From: the human T2T-CHM13v2.0 reference genome, Homo sapiens
Direction: 5' to 3' (one strand)
Length of the DNA stretch: 64,000 bases
NCBI RefSeq assembly: GCF_009914755.1
Contig: NC_060932.1
Shown here: in pieces, positions 40,939 to 57,541 of the stretch
Numbering within the stretch: position 1 is the stretch's first letter
Layout of the letters: each line of letters starts with the position of its first letter
Program-made: the position numbers and the translations under genes
The notes under the pieces: model-generated
Databases searched by the model: none
Told to the model about the DNA's origin: nothing
What the model saw: only the letters and a program-made list of their open reading frames with translations

Positions 40939-41118
40939 CAGTGGTTCTCATTGTGGTTTCTGGACTAGCGGCGGCAGCAGCACCCACGATGTAGATGTCA
41001 ACTCTTAACTCCACTCGGAAACCCACTGAATCAGAAACTCAGGTGGTGAAGCCCAACCAGCGGTACTTGAATAAGTCCTCCAGTGAGTCTGATGGACACT
41101 AAAGTTTAAGAACCACTG
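40939..41118. mobile_element. MER5A (hAT-Charlie)
   Basis: Perfect 10-bp TIR cagtggttct ... agaaccactg; internal actgaatcagaaactc. Confidence 0.88.
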
Positions 41119-41185
41119 AGTCAGGGAACCCCAAGGGAGGCAATTGCTAAGGAACTGCAAGAGAGGAATTAGGGGCTGGGCCAGG

Positions 41186-41452
41186 GGCCAGGCGCGGTGG
41201 CTCACACCTGTAATCCCAGCACTTTGAGAGGCTGAGGCAGGAGAATGGCTTGAGCCCAGGAGTTCAAGACTAGCCTGGGCAACATAGTGAAACCCTGACT
41301 CTACAAAGAACACAAAATTGGCCAGGCATGGTGGTAGCCACCTGCAGTCCTAACTACTCGGGAGGATCACTTGAGCCTGGGAGATGGAGGTTGCAGTGAG
41401 CTGAGATCACACCTCTGGGCTACAGCCTGGGTGATAGAGCAAGACCCCATCT

Positions 41453-41494
<42 letters not shown>
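41186..41494 (+). mobile_element. Alu (AluJ-like) with pure A41 tail
   Basis: Dimer with a small right-arm deletion; A run at 41454-41494. Confidence 0.95.
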
Positions 41495-41496
<2 letters not shown>

Positions 41497-41840
41497 CGGC
41501 AGGATTAGGGAAACTTCTAGAATGAGGAGGAGATGGCCCTGAAAGCACAGGGGGACAAGGAGAGTGAACTGAAAAGTAGAAAGAAGTTCTTCTCCATAAG
41601 AAAAAAAGGTGATGAGAGCTACAATAAAAAACTACTAGTCACAACGGCTGCAGCTCAAGGTAGCCTGGATTCTTGATAAGCACACACCCGCCACTGGTGT
41701 CACGCTGAAGCTGGAAGGACCGCCTCTGCTAACAACAGTGAAGAACAAATGTGGATGCAAATGGCTCTTAGAAGTCAGACAAAGGGAAGTTGCATTGCTG
41801 AGATTCACCTGCAGGTCCCAGCATGGCTCATTTGTTCTCT

Positions 41841-42405
41841 GGAGTAGTGGGTTGAATGGTAGCCCCCCGCCCCCATAGATATCCTAACCCCTAGAATCTG
41901 TGAACGTGATCTTATTGTGGCAGCAGGCCTGTAATCCAAGCTACTCTGGAAGCTGAAGGGGGAGGATTTCTTGAGGCCAGAGGTTCGAGACCGGCCTAGG
42001 CAACATAGCAAGAGACCCCTTCCATCTCCAAAAAATGAAGGATATCCAGATGAGATCATCCTGGATTATCTGAGTGGGTCTTAAATCCAATGACATCCAA
42101 ATTTATAAGAGATGAAAGAGGAGGAAAAGAGAGATATGCAGAGGAGAAGGTGATGGGAAGATGGAGGCAGGAATTGGAGTGACACATCCATAAACATGTA
42201 GACATAAAGGGAATGCCTGTAGTCACCAGCAGTGGGAAGAGGTAAGGCGGGATTGTCCCGCAGAGCCTTCAGAGGAGGCATGGCCCTGCTAACACCTTGA
42301 TTTTTGGACTTCTGACCTCCAGAAATGAAAGAAAATAAATTACTATTGCTTTAAGCCACCAAATTTGTGGTGATTTATTATAGCAGCTCTAGGAAATTAA
42401 TATAC
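41841..42405 (+). mobile_element. MLT1C-like LTR interrupted by an Alu monomer
   Basis: gggttgaatggt...gagatcatcctggattat...catggccctgctaacaccttgatttt...ttaagccaccaaatttgtgg. Confidence 0.85.
41916..42035 (+). mobile_element. FLAM-like Alu monomer
   Basis: gcctgtaatccaagctactctggaagctgaag...cttgaggccagaggttcgagaccggcctaggcaacatagcaagagacccc. Confidence 0.8.
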
Positions 42406-43046
42406 CTGGCTTAAGGGAAGAGGCATGGGATTTGAAGACAGACAGACTGGTGTCTTGAAATTTTTGAATGTTACTCCCTAGGGTGGGATGTGAACTCTGA
42501 GTCACAGCAGTCCCCACCTGGCTTGAGTCCCTCATTACTTTAGCTATCTGCCTCCTATGAGCATCTTAGCTTTGTATCCTCTGGGTAACTTCACCTCTCC
42601 AGTCTTCTCCACCTTTGACATCTTATTATTCCAGCAAGGGGGGTGGGGAAGGTGGATTACCTCAAATCTTTGGAGCAATGTTTGGGGATGATGTAGTCTA
42701 CCATCCTTTGAATAGCTTGGCTGATTTACCATTGAGGAAGAAAGAAATTTCTTCTTGAGATGTAGTGTGATGCCTTTTTCAGAACCAGCCACTCTAGTGA
42801 TTTTTAATAAAAAAAATTATTGTCTCATGGCTGGGTTTCTGTCATTCCTTCCAGAAGGTGGGAGGCTGTGAGTTTGGAAAATTAGTGTCTGGTGACTGTG
42901 GGTGAGAAGGCCCTTTCCTACAGAACAGAAGAAATAAACACAGGCCTGCAGTGGGGGTGTCATAGCTACGGGTCACTATTACCCATGTGGGAGGCAGGTG
43001 TGGTTGTTTGGAATTGCCCCCAAGTTCTGCACTGGAAAAATACATC

Positions 43047-43326
43047 AGCCTGGTGCAGCGGCTCATGCCTGTAATTCCAGCACTTTGGGAGGCTGAGGTG
43101 GGATGACTACTTGAGGCAAGGAGTCTCAAATCAGCCGGGATAACAGGGTTAGATCCCATCTCTATAAAAAATAAAATAATTAGCCGGGCTGTAGTCCTGG
43201 CTACTCAGGAGACTAAGGCAGGAGGGTGGCTTGAGCCCAGAAGTTTGAGGCTGCAGTGAGTTGTGATCACACCACTGCACTTCAGCTTAGGTGACAGGCA
43301 AGACCCTGACTTTGAAAAAAATAAAA
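43047..43326 (+). mobile_element. Alu (AluJ-like)
   Basis: Diverged dimer followed by a TA/CA microsatellite. Confidence 0.92.
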
Positions 43327-43480
43327 TATATATACTTATTTATATATAAATATTTATATATTACATTATAAATTTATTTATATATATAAATACACATGTA
43401 TTTATATATAAAAATATATATACACACACATGGACACACACATACACACACACACACACAGATACATATACATATATATG
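43326..43480. repeat. (TA)n/(CA)n compound microsatellite
   Basis: Direct reading; adjoins the Alu tail. Confidence 0.9.
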
Positions 43481-44279
43481 AAACTTGAAGCCAGCCTCTC
43501 TCAGTGGCGATGTTTTTCAAGGAAATCTCCAGCGTTAACCACTCCAGCAGAAAATTTCACATTAGATGGCCCGGTAGTATCTCCATCCAAGGGGATGTAT
43601 TTCTGGAGCACCAGAAAATGCCGCAGAGAACAGCACTTTGCTGCTAATAAGCTCCCAAGCTATGCTTCTGATGCTGTGCTGTGTTTTCCATCAGTTCTAC
43701 CTCCCTGTCTGATCAGTGTCAGTAAGAGGGACTGCTGGTGTAGATGCTTTGACTGTAAATCCTCTCTGGCTTTGTAACTGGGATGAGGAGAGATGATTCC
43801 AACTAGGACAAGGTAAAAGCAGGAGAAACAAAGTTGGTCCCCACCTCCCCTACTCCAGAAACCTAGTTTCCATCTGCTTCTGCCTCTGTTGTGACACTCA
43901 GATTTCACACCCTTTTCTTATCTATTTTCTCTATCAAAGCACAGCTATCTTTTGTCTCAATGCTTCAAAGTTTGGATCTATGGATGAACCAAAATTCTAA
44001 CAGCTATTAGCATCCCACTGTTTCCACACCTCTGGATTCTGTAGACCCCTGTTCTGGGAAGATCAACATTTGCTCAAGCTTCTCCCGAGAGAGGGTTCCC
44101 TGGAGCAGCAGCCAGGGTGACAGGTGTCAGGGAAGGCTAAGAGAACCAGGGTCCCACCTTTGGGGCTGGCTTGGCCCTGGGCCATGACCTGGGCATGTAA
44201 CACTGGGCCTTCCTGTAACTCTTCTGCATTGCTTTCCTCACTTACAAAATTTAGTGGGAAACTGGGTGGAATTAGGTCA

Positions 44280-44410
44280 GTATCTGACCATAAAAATTAT
44301 CTGGGCCATCAGTAAAATTCCAGGTCTCTGGGATTCACATCAGACCTCCTGAATCTGACTCTCTAAGGAGGGATCTGAGCATCTGTCTTTCATAAGCACC
44401 TCTGGGACCA
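44280..44410. mobile_element. MER5-like fragment
   Basis: cagacctcctgaatctgactctct...gcatctgtctttcataagcacc. Confidence 0.5.
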
Positions 44411-44646
44411 AAGGTGCAGGTCAGTGTGGGAGACAGGCATGGATGAGTTCACGAGGCCCTCTCAGCTTTGCTTTCCTGTGACATTCTTCAGAAGGGCCAC
44501 GGGGTGACAGTGACCAGCAGGGACCCCAAGAGCCTGAGTTCATATCCTGACTGTGTTTCCCCAACACAGTGACCTTGGCAAGCCCTGCCTCCTGATGACT
44601 CAGTCTTCTCATCCGCAGAATGGCCATAATAAGAGTTTCAACCACT

Positions 44647-44948
44647 GGCTGGGCATGGTGACTCATGCCTTTAATCCCAGGACTTTGGGAGGCTGAGGCA
44701 GGAGGATTGCTTGAGCCCTCGGGTTTGAGACCAGCCTGGGTAACATAGCAAAATTCCGTCTCTACAGACAGTACAAAGTTAGCTGGCCATGATGGTGCAC
44801 ACCTGTAGTCCCAGCTGCTTGGGAGGCTGATGTGGGAGGATGACTTGAGCAGAGGAATTCAAGATGGCAGTGAGCTATGATCACACTGCTGCACTCTAGC
44901 CTGGGGCAAGCGACACTGTCTCAAAAATAAATAAATAAACAAACAAAC
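44647..44948 (+). mobile_element. Alu (AluJ-like) inserted in a MIR
   Basis: Degenerate TSD taagagtttcaaccac / taagagtatcagccac; MIR core upstream (44530-44640) and MIR tail downstream (44965-45060). Confidence 0.93.
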
Positions 44949-45919
44949 AGGTAAGAGTATCAGCCACCTAGGCTTGTCGATGATTAAATGAAGTCAAACA
45001 AGTCAAGGGCGTAAAATCATGCCTGACACGTAGGGAGGACTTAAACACGTAAATGCTGTGTTAACACTACGAAGGCCTTGGGGTGAAAGGCACTGGACAG
45101 AGCCTTCAGAACTCAGCCTTCTCTTTGCAGCCTTCTCTGGAGCTCAGAGTTTGTGGGGCCCAGCTCTTTACTTCTGCTTTCTTTACCAAGCTCAGCTTCC
45201 TTAGTACATGACTTTGTTTATGTCGGTGTCCAAATCCCCACTAGATTTCAAGTATCCTGAGGACAGGGCACCTTTTAACCCTTGGTGCAGAGCACAGAGT
45301 GGGCAAACCACAGGCCCTGCTGAGCCAGACTCATCTCCTGAGCTCTCAGCAGTCTCTGCCTCCCTTTGTCTGTGTCTGTCTCCTCTTGTGCCTCCTTCTG
45401 CCTCCCTGGATCAAAATGCCCCAGCACTCTACTAAGACATAAAAGGTGGCCTACAGTGGAAAGGCAACTTCTCTCCCCTTTCCTTGGCAGAGGTGCTCGA
45501 GGTAAGATTCCAGGGTCAGAGGATCCTTCATGCTCTGAAGCCAGTAGGAGTCATGGAAGTGAAAGTGGAGGTGGGAGGACCTAGCCCCAGGACCAAGCCC
45601 TCCTTCCTGCAGGGCGACTGTCACCCAACAGTAGCTATACCAGCTGCCTTGTCCCAGGGAGATGGTCCATTTCCCCTTTTGCCTCTGGGTGCATGTCACC
45701 TGTTTAGCATTGTGCCCCATAGGGACTTAGGTCACGTGCCTGGAGGTGGATCAAAGTGCCAGTGGGGAAAAGGGCTCAGCTGTGGGGCATGGGAATCAGC
45801 CACAACCAGCCCTGCATCCCGACTCAGGGCACAGTGCAGCCAAGTCCTAGTCCCTGTCTCGCCTCCACCTTTCTTGGACCTTTGGACGTTGAACTTCTCT
45901 GTGTCAGGTCAGTGAGGAT

Positions 45920-46085
45920 GACAATTATAGAAGGCATCCAGGCAGAAGTGGTAGCACCTTTTATGACCTGGCCTTGGCGGTCACGAGAGTGTTCTTTCTG
46001 TGACTGCCAGGTTCAGAGGGAGGGAACATAGGCCCCACCTCCCCGTGGGGGAGTCAAAGCCACCTTGCAAGGAGACATTGTTGCA
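45920..46085 (-). mobile_element. Old MLT1 LTR fragment
   Basis: ccaggcagaagtggtagcaccttttatgacctggccttgg...gagggaacataggccccacctc. Confidence 0.55.
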
Positions 46086-46624
46086 GATGACTCTGAAAAA
46101 TAGGATCTGCCAGTTTCTCAGAGAAACCGAGTGGACCCCTTTGGTCCCAAAGCTTAACTCGCCTAAGGGGTGCTGCTGGTGGTAGAAATGGGAACAGGAT
46201 TCGGGTAAAGACTCCTCCTTCTCAGTGTCCCCATCCCTTTCTTGATTAGACTTTGCAGGTAAAGCAGCCCCAGAGATGAGGAGCAGGGCTAAGGGGGATA
46301 CGAAAGCCGGCCAGAGCACTCCGTTTCAGGAGAAAGGTGCAAGTCTCAGGGCATTTGTGACCGGGTTGGCTCACCTGTGGGACTGTACTCTATAGCAGGA
46401 AGGAGGTGCGGAGGAGGTGTGCCTGGGGATGATGTCTACAGTGAGGCCAGGAGCGAGACCCGAAAAGGCAGAGTCAGAGGGCGGCTAAAGGATGCTCTTC
46501 CTTCTCCTCCTTCCTCCTTGACCCAGCTCTGGCCCTGTGGTTTAAAAAACAAAACAAAGCAAGAGCAACAACAACAACAACAACAAAAACTATGATAGAT
46601 TTGAATAAGCTGTCAACTAAAGGA

Positions 46625-46860
46625 ATGAGTCTTTATTGAGTTCTACTTACATGCTACACGTATGTATTGAGCGCCATTTATGTGTTATTTCGCTTAACTG
46701 TCACAAACCCCCCGAGGGGTGGGCATGGTCCATTTCAATTTGTGAATGAAGACACTGGGACAGAGAGCTTAAATAACTTGCTCATGGTCCTACAGCCAGT
46801 AAGTGATGTAGGTTGGATCCAAATGATGTCCACCTGAGGCTAATAATTTCTTCCACTATA
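46625..46860 (-). mobile_element. MIR
   Basis: tttattgag...cagagagcttaaataacttgctcatggtcctacagccagtaagtg. Confidence 0.75.
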
Positions 46861-47769
46861 GACTCATTGCTTTGTCAGATTTCCTTTAGCTGGGGGGAGG
46901 CAATGGAGAATGGGGAAGTGATATTGATACAAGGAAGGACGAACAGAGGGATTAAGGGCTATGGAAATGGATCCACCAGATTTCCTTCCTGCATTTCTTA
47001 ATGGTTGTTCACATTTAAGAGACGAGCAGGTAGAGGAGGCTGCCTGATTCTAGGGCTATGAATGAATTTGAGTAGGAGATGGTTTTGCAGAGAAAATGGG
47101 GAAACAGGTCCACTTGCGTCCAGTGACAAAAGAAAGGGTCTGGACCAAGAACACTGGGCTCTCCCCACAGTGATGGTCAGCCCTCACTGGCTCAGAAATC
47201 ATAGCACAGTGGCTGGACATTTTCTTGCTCCTGCCTTTAATTTTGAGATTTCCTAAGCAAACATGTTTCCTATGTTGTAAAATAATTCCCTGGGAGAAGG
47301 TGGGATACAGTGGATGGTAACGAGAAACAGGAAATAGGAGCTCACCTTTTGGCTCCGTCATTTTCGGTTGGTGTTCTAGGCAAGTCACTTCGCTTCTTCT
47401 CTGGGATCCTGGTGGCTAGAGGGTCTCCCACTTTGTTCCAGCTGTCCCTGTTCCAGCACTGTGCCTGGCATGGAATATGTGCTCAAACATGCTGAATTAT
47501 TGAGTATGTTGAGGTGAATTTCTAGCTGCTCCATGACAAAGTGTAAGTTTTGTTTTCTGAAGAGTCCGGGTAATCCCCAGCCCAGGTGAGCTGCAACCCT
47601 GCTCCTTTATATTTTGATCTGGAGTGGGGGTTCATCCTCAGGCGATGGGCATCCTCCATGGGGTAGAGGTCACAGTCTTTGACAGCCTTTAGGTCTCTCA
47701 TGTCACTGTAACACCTAAGTCACCTTTATGTAACTTCCTGCAGCCAAGTCATCCCACAGGGCTGCATTA

Positions 47770-48525
<756 letters not shown>

Positions 48526-49175
48526 GTGAGTCATTCCCCCAGGCTGATGTGGGGAGAAAAGAACGGGTGGATGTGCTTTTAGGAATAAATGACTTTGAAG
48601 CTAAGCATGCAGCTGAATCAAACATTAGTCACAGAACCCAGGGAAAAGGATGCCCTCTCTGAGAGAGGCCGTGTGTATATAAGGGTGGTGGTAGGGATTT
48701 TGTTAGGAACAACAGATCTGAGAGAGCCACAGGACTTGCCACCTAATAGGGTCGTTTATTAGGTATAGTTCAAGAGTCAACTGTGGGTCACTTAGATTCA
48801 TGGGACGTCATAAATATGCATCACTGAGGGCCTATTGTGTGGGAGATCCTGCGCACCTTACCCCGTGGCTGGTTTATAGAACCATTGCCTTTGGAAACGA
48901 TTAATGGAAAGTGGCTAAAATTTGCAGCTGGGGGCAGTGGTATAGACTTCATGGTGGTAGGAGCATCTCTTTTTCTGGAGTCTTTTTCAAACAGAGCATG
49001 GGTTCCTCCAGGTCTAAAATGGTCAAGGGCCAATCTGAAGGTTAGGATAGCACTAGTTTATCTGGTAAAACCCTTGAGGATCTGTGGATCTGTGGTCTCT
49101 CAATTCATCATCTGAGGACAGGGAGACATAGTCCTGAGGAGTTGAGGTCATAGTTCCTGTAAGAAAGTTGAGATG

Positions 49176-49468
49176 GGCCAGGTGCAGTGGCTCATGCCTG
49201 TAATCCTAGCACTTTGGGAGGCTAAGGTGTGCAGATCACTTGAGGTCAGGAGTTTGAGACCAGCCTGGCCAACATGGTGAAGCCCCATCTCTACTAAAAA
49301 TACAAAAATTGGCCAGGTGTGGTGATGCATGTCTGTAATCCCAGCTACTTGGGAGACTGAGGCACAAGAATTGCTTGAACTCAGAAGGCAGAGGCTGCAG
49401 GGGGCTGAGATCATGTCACTGCACTACACTCTGGCCTGGGCAACAGAGCAAGACTCCATCTCAAAAAA

Positions 49469-49493
<25 letters not shown>
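49176..49493 (+). mobile_element. Alu (AluSx/Sz-like)
   Basis: Perfect TSD aagaaagttgagatg at 49161-49175 and 49494-49508. Confidence 0.96.
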
Positions 49494-49499
<6 letters not shown>

Positions 49500-49979
49500 G
49501 TTGAGATGCTTTGGCATTGACCCGTTTTGTTGAAGTTCCCTCTTACTGCTTTTGTGAGACTTTTGTGAGAACAATCACCTTCCTGATTGTTCTTTCTCCC
49601 CAGACTGACTGCCCCAGTCTAGTGTTGACCACCAACACCTCTGTCATAGCTCTCACCCCTCTCCAGGCTCTGATGTCACAGACCCTGCAGTCACTTTGGA
49701 TTTAGTAAATTCACTAAACATCCCTTTACTCACTCCCCCAAGTCAATCTCCCCTGCCCCAGTTCCATGGTTCTTTTCTGAACCCTCTTTTCTTCTGTATT
49801 CTTTTGCCATCGGACAGCTTCAGGTCTCCGAACATCATGCATGGTCTCCTAGTTGTCGATGTGCAATGGGTATTTCTCTCCTCTAAACCTTCCCGAGTCC
49901 TGCTAAAATGATGAAGTGATGAGCTGAGTGCCAAGAACAGCTATCACAGCTCCTTAGGGCATGGGCACCAAAGATCCAT

Positions 49980-50300
49980 TTCCTCGTCTTGGGTTCATGG
50001 CTCTCCTACATTTCCTGGTCTCCTAGGTATTCAGATGTAACAGTTAATTGAGTTCCAGGAAGTGGAATGTGAGTGAAATGAGCAACACTTAAAGAAAAAC
50101 ACCAGCTATAAGCAGACAACAGTGCAGCTTAGGAGATGACAGCTTTGGAAATGAAGGCCCCGGGGTCCCTGAATTCCTGAGAGGAAGAAAGCAACCCACC
50201 AATGACATCAGACGTTGAGCTACATCAGCAAGAAATTAACCTGCATTGTGTTTGAAAATATCTGGGTCTCTTTATTACCACAGCCTAGCCTAGCCTAAGA
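49980..50300 (+). mobile_element. Old MLT1 (I/J-like) LTR
   Basis: tggaatgtgagtgaaatg...gggtccctgaat...agcaagaaattaacctgcattgtgtt...ttaccacagcctagccta. Confidence 0.55.
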
Positions 50301-50676
50301 AAACCCATTTCAAATCCAAACTCCTCGATCTGATCTTTAAGGTCTTCTATAAGTTATCCCTTCCCCTGTCTGGTTTCATTTTCCACTGCTCTCTTCTCTC
50401 CATCCTGGTCATCCTTGCCTCTCTCCCAGCCCTGAGAAGGCTCACTCTTGACTTCCTGCTCAAGCTTCCTGGTTCTCCTGCCCTCTACCTCTTTCCTTTG
50501 CTGATCTCAATCTCTAACCCTTCCAGGAAGATTCTCAGATAATTCTGCCCCACACACCTCTCTCTCTTCACTGAATTCATAGATCAGTAATTGTTTCATT
50601 TGTGCTTGTTTTCTCTTCCTTCTCAAGGGCAAGAACCGTCTTTGTGTATATTCCTCAATGCTTGGTATAAAGCAGG

Positions 50677-50697
50677 AGATAGATAGATAGATAGATA

Positions 50698-50742
<45 letters not shown>

Positions 50743-50748
50743 TGTGTG
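50677..50748. repeat. (AGAT)n(TG)n compound microsatellite
   Basis: Direct reading; about 19 perfect TG units. Confidence 0.95.
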
Positions 50749-52469
50749 CTGAGTACAGTCTATGGCCCCCAGATTCTATTCCTTGACATGAATAACATGA
50801 AGTATGTTCTCTAATAGATAATTTTTTCATTCAACAGGAGATTGATTCACTGGATGTCATTGTTATAAAAAGCAACAGTGAAAGCTGCAGGGAACACAGT
50901 ACAAAGTAATGCACCTTCAGCACAGATGTTGGAATAGGAGACGCTATTACTTGATTTGTTCCTGTCTTGGCTAGTTGATGAGGCTGCTGATGTAGCCTTG
51001 ACATTTTCACTTCCTCTTGACATATTTTGTTCTCTGTCAACATTCAACTTTCAACACTGGGCTCTGAGACTGAACATACCCAGGGAAGTACAGGACAGGA
51101 CCTCTGGAGCAAAGAGTTCCCACTGTCTCACTTGACTTTAAGTCTCAAAGTTGACTTTCTTTGTCTATCAGGACAATCATCCTGAAAGTCAGGCTTTGTG
51201 CAGAGAGGAAATTTTTCCAAATCTCAAATATTTCCCTTGAGCATGTTAGGAACCAAGCCCTGCTGTGCCTCTATCAAAGAGCAGTGGAGAGAACAGACAG
51301 TCTGGAAGAGGGAGGATTTGGGGCAGAGGCAGTCCTTGCCAAAGAGCATAATAAGGTGAAATGCCAGCACCTTCTGGCTCTCTGCAACGTGGGAAGCACT
51401 GTGGGTCTAATATCAGTATACCCAGAATTCCTTCTCCAGGAGAAGAGAGGTGCCAGGTTGAGAGGGAGGCTTTTGGTGCACTCCTTGTTGGGACCCTGGG
51501 GTGGGGAGACCACCTCAAAGGGTGCCCCCTTCATTGTCATGGAGCTGCTGGCACATCAGCTTCACCAAGGCAGGGATCTTAGTTTTGTTCCCTGATCATG
51601 AGCATCCAGAACAGTGCCTGGGACATACTAGGGGCTCAATATATAGTTCTGGGTTGACTACATCAGAGTAAAATGGATGGGATCTGCCTTTGTGCAGAGT
51701 TCCCCCACGTGGTTTCAAAGGATTCCAGGAGTCCCTGCGTGTGGAGAGCTGGATGACCAGAGGGGACTGGTTGGGTGAGCTAACGCTGGGTGTTGCCACA
51801 GTGGAAGCTTCAAGGAGGACCTTTTGGGCTGGAGGGCAGCAGTGCTCTGGGACAGTCACAGGCAGACATTCAACATCAGTTAGAGACAGCGGGGGCTGAG
51901 TCAGCCTTAGGAGTGCTCGGCGAACCTTCTGCCTAAGATCTGCGGAGTCTGCCAGACAGTGAGTACCACGCCCTACAGTGCCCCCCAAGAACAGAGAGGG
52001 GCTCAGGGGCACATGATGAGGGGAGGCCACCTCTGCAACCACAAGGGCACAGCAAGCTCTCCCACTACTACCCAGAGGCCATCTGGGAGAGGAGGACGGA
52101 GCAGGGCAGAACTCCGGGTGTTTTTGTGAAAAAGACAATCTTAAACTGAAAAGAAACTATAGGAGCAGGGAGAGACTCACACATTTCTCGCTCCCATGTT
52201 TGAGTTTCCTTTCTGCTCTTTAAATTGGAGATGATATTTGCACCTACTTTGTAGGTTGCTGTGCAGGAGAAATAAATATATAAAGCATTTAGAGTCTCAC
52301 CTGACCAGTTGAAATCAATGCTGTAGCTGCTGTTGGTCTTCTCTCCCAGATGGGTGGGGGACACCTGGGAAGACTAGGTCAGATATGAAAAATAAGAGGT
52401 TACATTGATATTGCACATCTGAGTGCAGTGTGAAAACATTTTGATACCATATTACTTAATAGCGACACG

Positions 52470-52680
52470 ACACTATTTGAGTAGGGATTTGTGGCTTACA
52501 AAGCACTTTTAAAAATTGTGCCCTTGAATTCTCTCAACAATGTGGGAGAGGGGAGATCATGTCTACCCTTCATTCACAGATCTAGAAACTGAAGTTCAGT
52601 GAGTTTGATGGCTGGACCACAGCCATACTTCTAGCAAATGATGAAGCCAGCTCTGAAATCCAGGACTCCTCATTCCAAGA
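52470..52680 (-). mobile_element. MIR
   Basis: cattcacagatctagaaactgaagttcagtgag...ctagcaaatgatgaagccag. Confidence 0.65.
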
Positions 52681-53189
52681 CTCCTTCTTTTTCAGCCCCA
52701 TCACCCCTGTAAATTGCCTGATTCTGCCAGAAGATACTGGACCCTTCACCTACATCTCCAGTCATGAGACTTCCCTCCTACAGGGAGGCTTTTGTTTAGC
52801 TGGGCTGAAGTGCTGAGAAAGGGCCCCGGTGGCAGAGGGTCCCAAACACATGTTAGTGAAAGAACAGCTTCCATGGACTGCTGAGCAAGTGCTGGGTTCA
52901 TTCATACAACAATCCTGTCCAGGTGAGATGCGTTTCAAGGATCCTGAGGTCTTAAGTATTCCCACCATCCTTGCATGACAATGAGCCACCTGCAATCTTA
53001 TGGCAAGAGAGAGGCCAGAAGGCCTTCCCAGGTCACAGAGACTCAGAGGTGACTCAGATACGAGGAACCCCAACCACTGTAAGGTAGAAGTGGCCGGGGG
53101 ATGTGGCCAGCACCAAGAATGAGGGCGATGAGGTCAGCACTGTAGATGCAGGTGTGGGCAAGCAGCCCAGGTAAAGAATGGCCTTGGCC

Positions 53190-53540
53190 TCTGTCTTAGC
53201 AAAAACCCTCTTGGTGGTAAACAACGGAAGCCCAGTTCAAATTCACTTCAGCACTAAACAGGGCCAATTTGTTATAAGGGTTCGGGTTGTCTCCCAGAAT
53301 CCAGGTCAAAGAATGACCTGGAACCAGGGACTGGAAACCCCTGGGATGTTGACTCGGACCGGTGTGGTCTTCTGCCTCCTGCTGCCCACTTGCCCTCTCT
53401 CTCACTCTTTGTGGGCTGGCTGGCCTCCTTCTCTGGCCTCCTGGTTGCCTGCACCTCCAGAATCTGCTTCACCCCAGTTTCAAATAAAAGCGGAGGCCAA
53501 GGCTAACTTCTCTGGTTTGTAATTCGGAATTTGCAGCAGA
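53190..53540 (-). mobile_element. Old MLT1 LTR
   Basis: tgtcttagc...ttggtggtaaacaacggaagcccagttcaaatt, typical of the antisense start of old MLT1 LTRs. Confidence 0.45.
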
Positions 53541-55177
53541 AAGAACTTGGCCTAATCAGAAACCTCCACACTCACTGTGGCTAGATTGGCTTTCCCTGTT
53601 CTTCTGAAGTGCTCATGGGGGCCTTCACGGGGCCTGCCCTTCAGACGAAGCAGAAAAGTGATCAAATGCAAGAAAGGCCTTTTGGCTAAACTATAGGGGA
53701 AAACGGTTTGCATGTGGAGGAGGGCTAGCTTATTCTGTGTTCTATTTATTGTTTCAAAAGGAGTAAGTTTTTCCTTCCATTCCAGCCTTGTTTTTACAAT
53801 CCACCCTGAGGGCAGCTCTCACCCCAGGCATAGAATAGAGGTGGCTGCTTTCTGTAAAAAGGAAAAGTCATCTTTCCCGATGGAACACCTACCTAGTGCT
53901 CCAAAGTGATCGATTTTCTCCATGTGTTAGAACAGCCATTCCCTGGTATCTGTTAAGGGAGGCTTTGCCGCAGGAATAGAGATAAGGACAGCGAGTGGCA
54001 GGGTCCCTCTGCCTCAAGACACGTTTAGAACACTGTGATTTATATGCTTGGTCTCCTTTCACCACCATTTTTGTTACTTGGTGGAGGGGACACCTACTGA
54101 CCCCACAGATTCCCACTCTGGAAATCAACTACTGAAGAAACCAAATTAGGAAAGTGTGTCCCAGTGTCACAGGATATCTTGGCCGGTTGGGGATTTTACT
54201 TTCCTTGTGTTCATGATTTCTGGTATGAAAGCAAAATTTGAAGGTTTGTGTCCCTTCAAACATAGCCCACCCGACATTTAACTCAGGGAAGAACAAACAG
54301 TAACAGTGACTTCCAAGGGGGCTCATTTCACTGGGAAGTTCTGAAACTGATAATTTATGGATGCCATTGGGAAGCTTAAGTTGTCTTTTCCTGGAAGGGG
54401 TGTAAGGCAGGCGTTTCTTGAGTGTGATTGACCTCGAGGGATGTTCAGTGATGATGTCTTTGGCTCTTCCCCTGTGAGCTGAAACACCAGACCCTAACCC
54501 TACAAGTTGTCCCCTCCTGGGACATCTGGGCTCCTAGGATGGCTCAAGGCTCCTCCTGAGAGCACAGCACGATGCTCTTCTTTGCAACCTCACCATCTCC
54601 GCTCCTTTGCACTCCAGTTACTAGACTGAGGTCTCCTCTCCTGGTCAGCACTCATGAGAGCCTCTGCACTGAGGCCATCCTTCTGACCTCGTTCCAGCCC
54701 TTTCTCTGCTGCATCAGCCACAGTACAAGGAGATGACCAAAGGGAACATTTTCCCTCATGGGGCTACAATTCTATTATTAGGACCCAAAATGGGACGGCC
54801 ATCCCTACCATTTGATTCAGTACTCCTAGTGATTCTCCCGTTTGAGTGATCTCAGTCTTTGAGTTAATAATAGCTTCCCTCATAAGAAAAAGTTCCTTAG
54901 ACAGAAGATGGGAGTGATGTTTACTACCCTGTTCTAGACCCCATGTCATCACCCGGGGGGCAGCAACTGTGACTGTTCTTTCCTAGGACATTTGAGTGCC
55001 ATCATCATAAACAAGCAGTGGCCAAGGCCTGACACAGCAATTGCTTGACTCACAATATGCATATTTTCCCATTCGGCCCTTCATCTCTGATGTCAATAGG
55101 GTAGAGAAAGAGAATCTGCCCCAGAAACCTTCTGGGTAGCATGGTAAATTAAGAGGGAAACATGAAGGTGGGATTCA

Positions 55178-57302
<2,125 letters not shown>

Positions 57303-57501
57303 ACAATGAGATCACATGGACACAGGAAGGGGAACATCACACTCTGGGGACTGTTGTGGGGTGGGGGGAGGGGGGAGGGATAGCATTGGGGGATATACCT
57401 AATGCTAGATGACGAGTTAGTGGGTGCAGCACACCAGCATGGCACATGTATACATATGTAACTAACCTGCACAATGTGCACATGTACCCTAAAACTTAAA
57501 G

Positions 57502-57502
<1 letters not shown>

Positions 57503-57540
<38 letters not shown>
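57503..57540. repeat. (AAT)n microsatellite in L1 tail
   Basis: About 12 AAT units replace the poly(A). Confidence 0.95.

Positions 57541-57541
<1 letters not shown>

Noticed and set aside
51161-52138. 144-aa and 180-aa ORFs in GC-richer unique sequence
   Set aside because: Non-ATG starts, no recognisable domain and no coherent splice structure; expected by chance.
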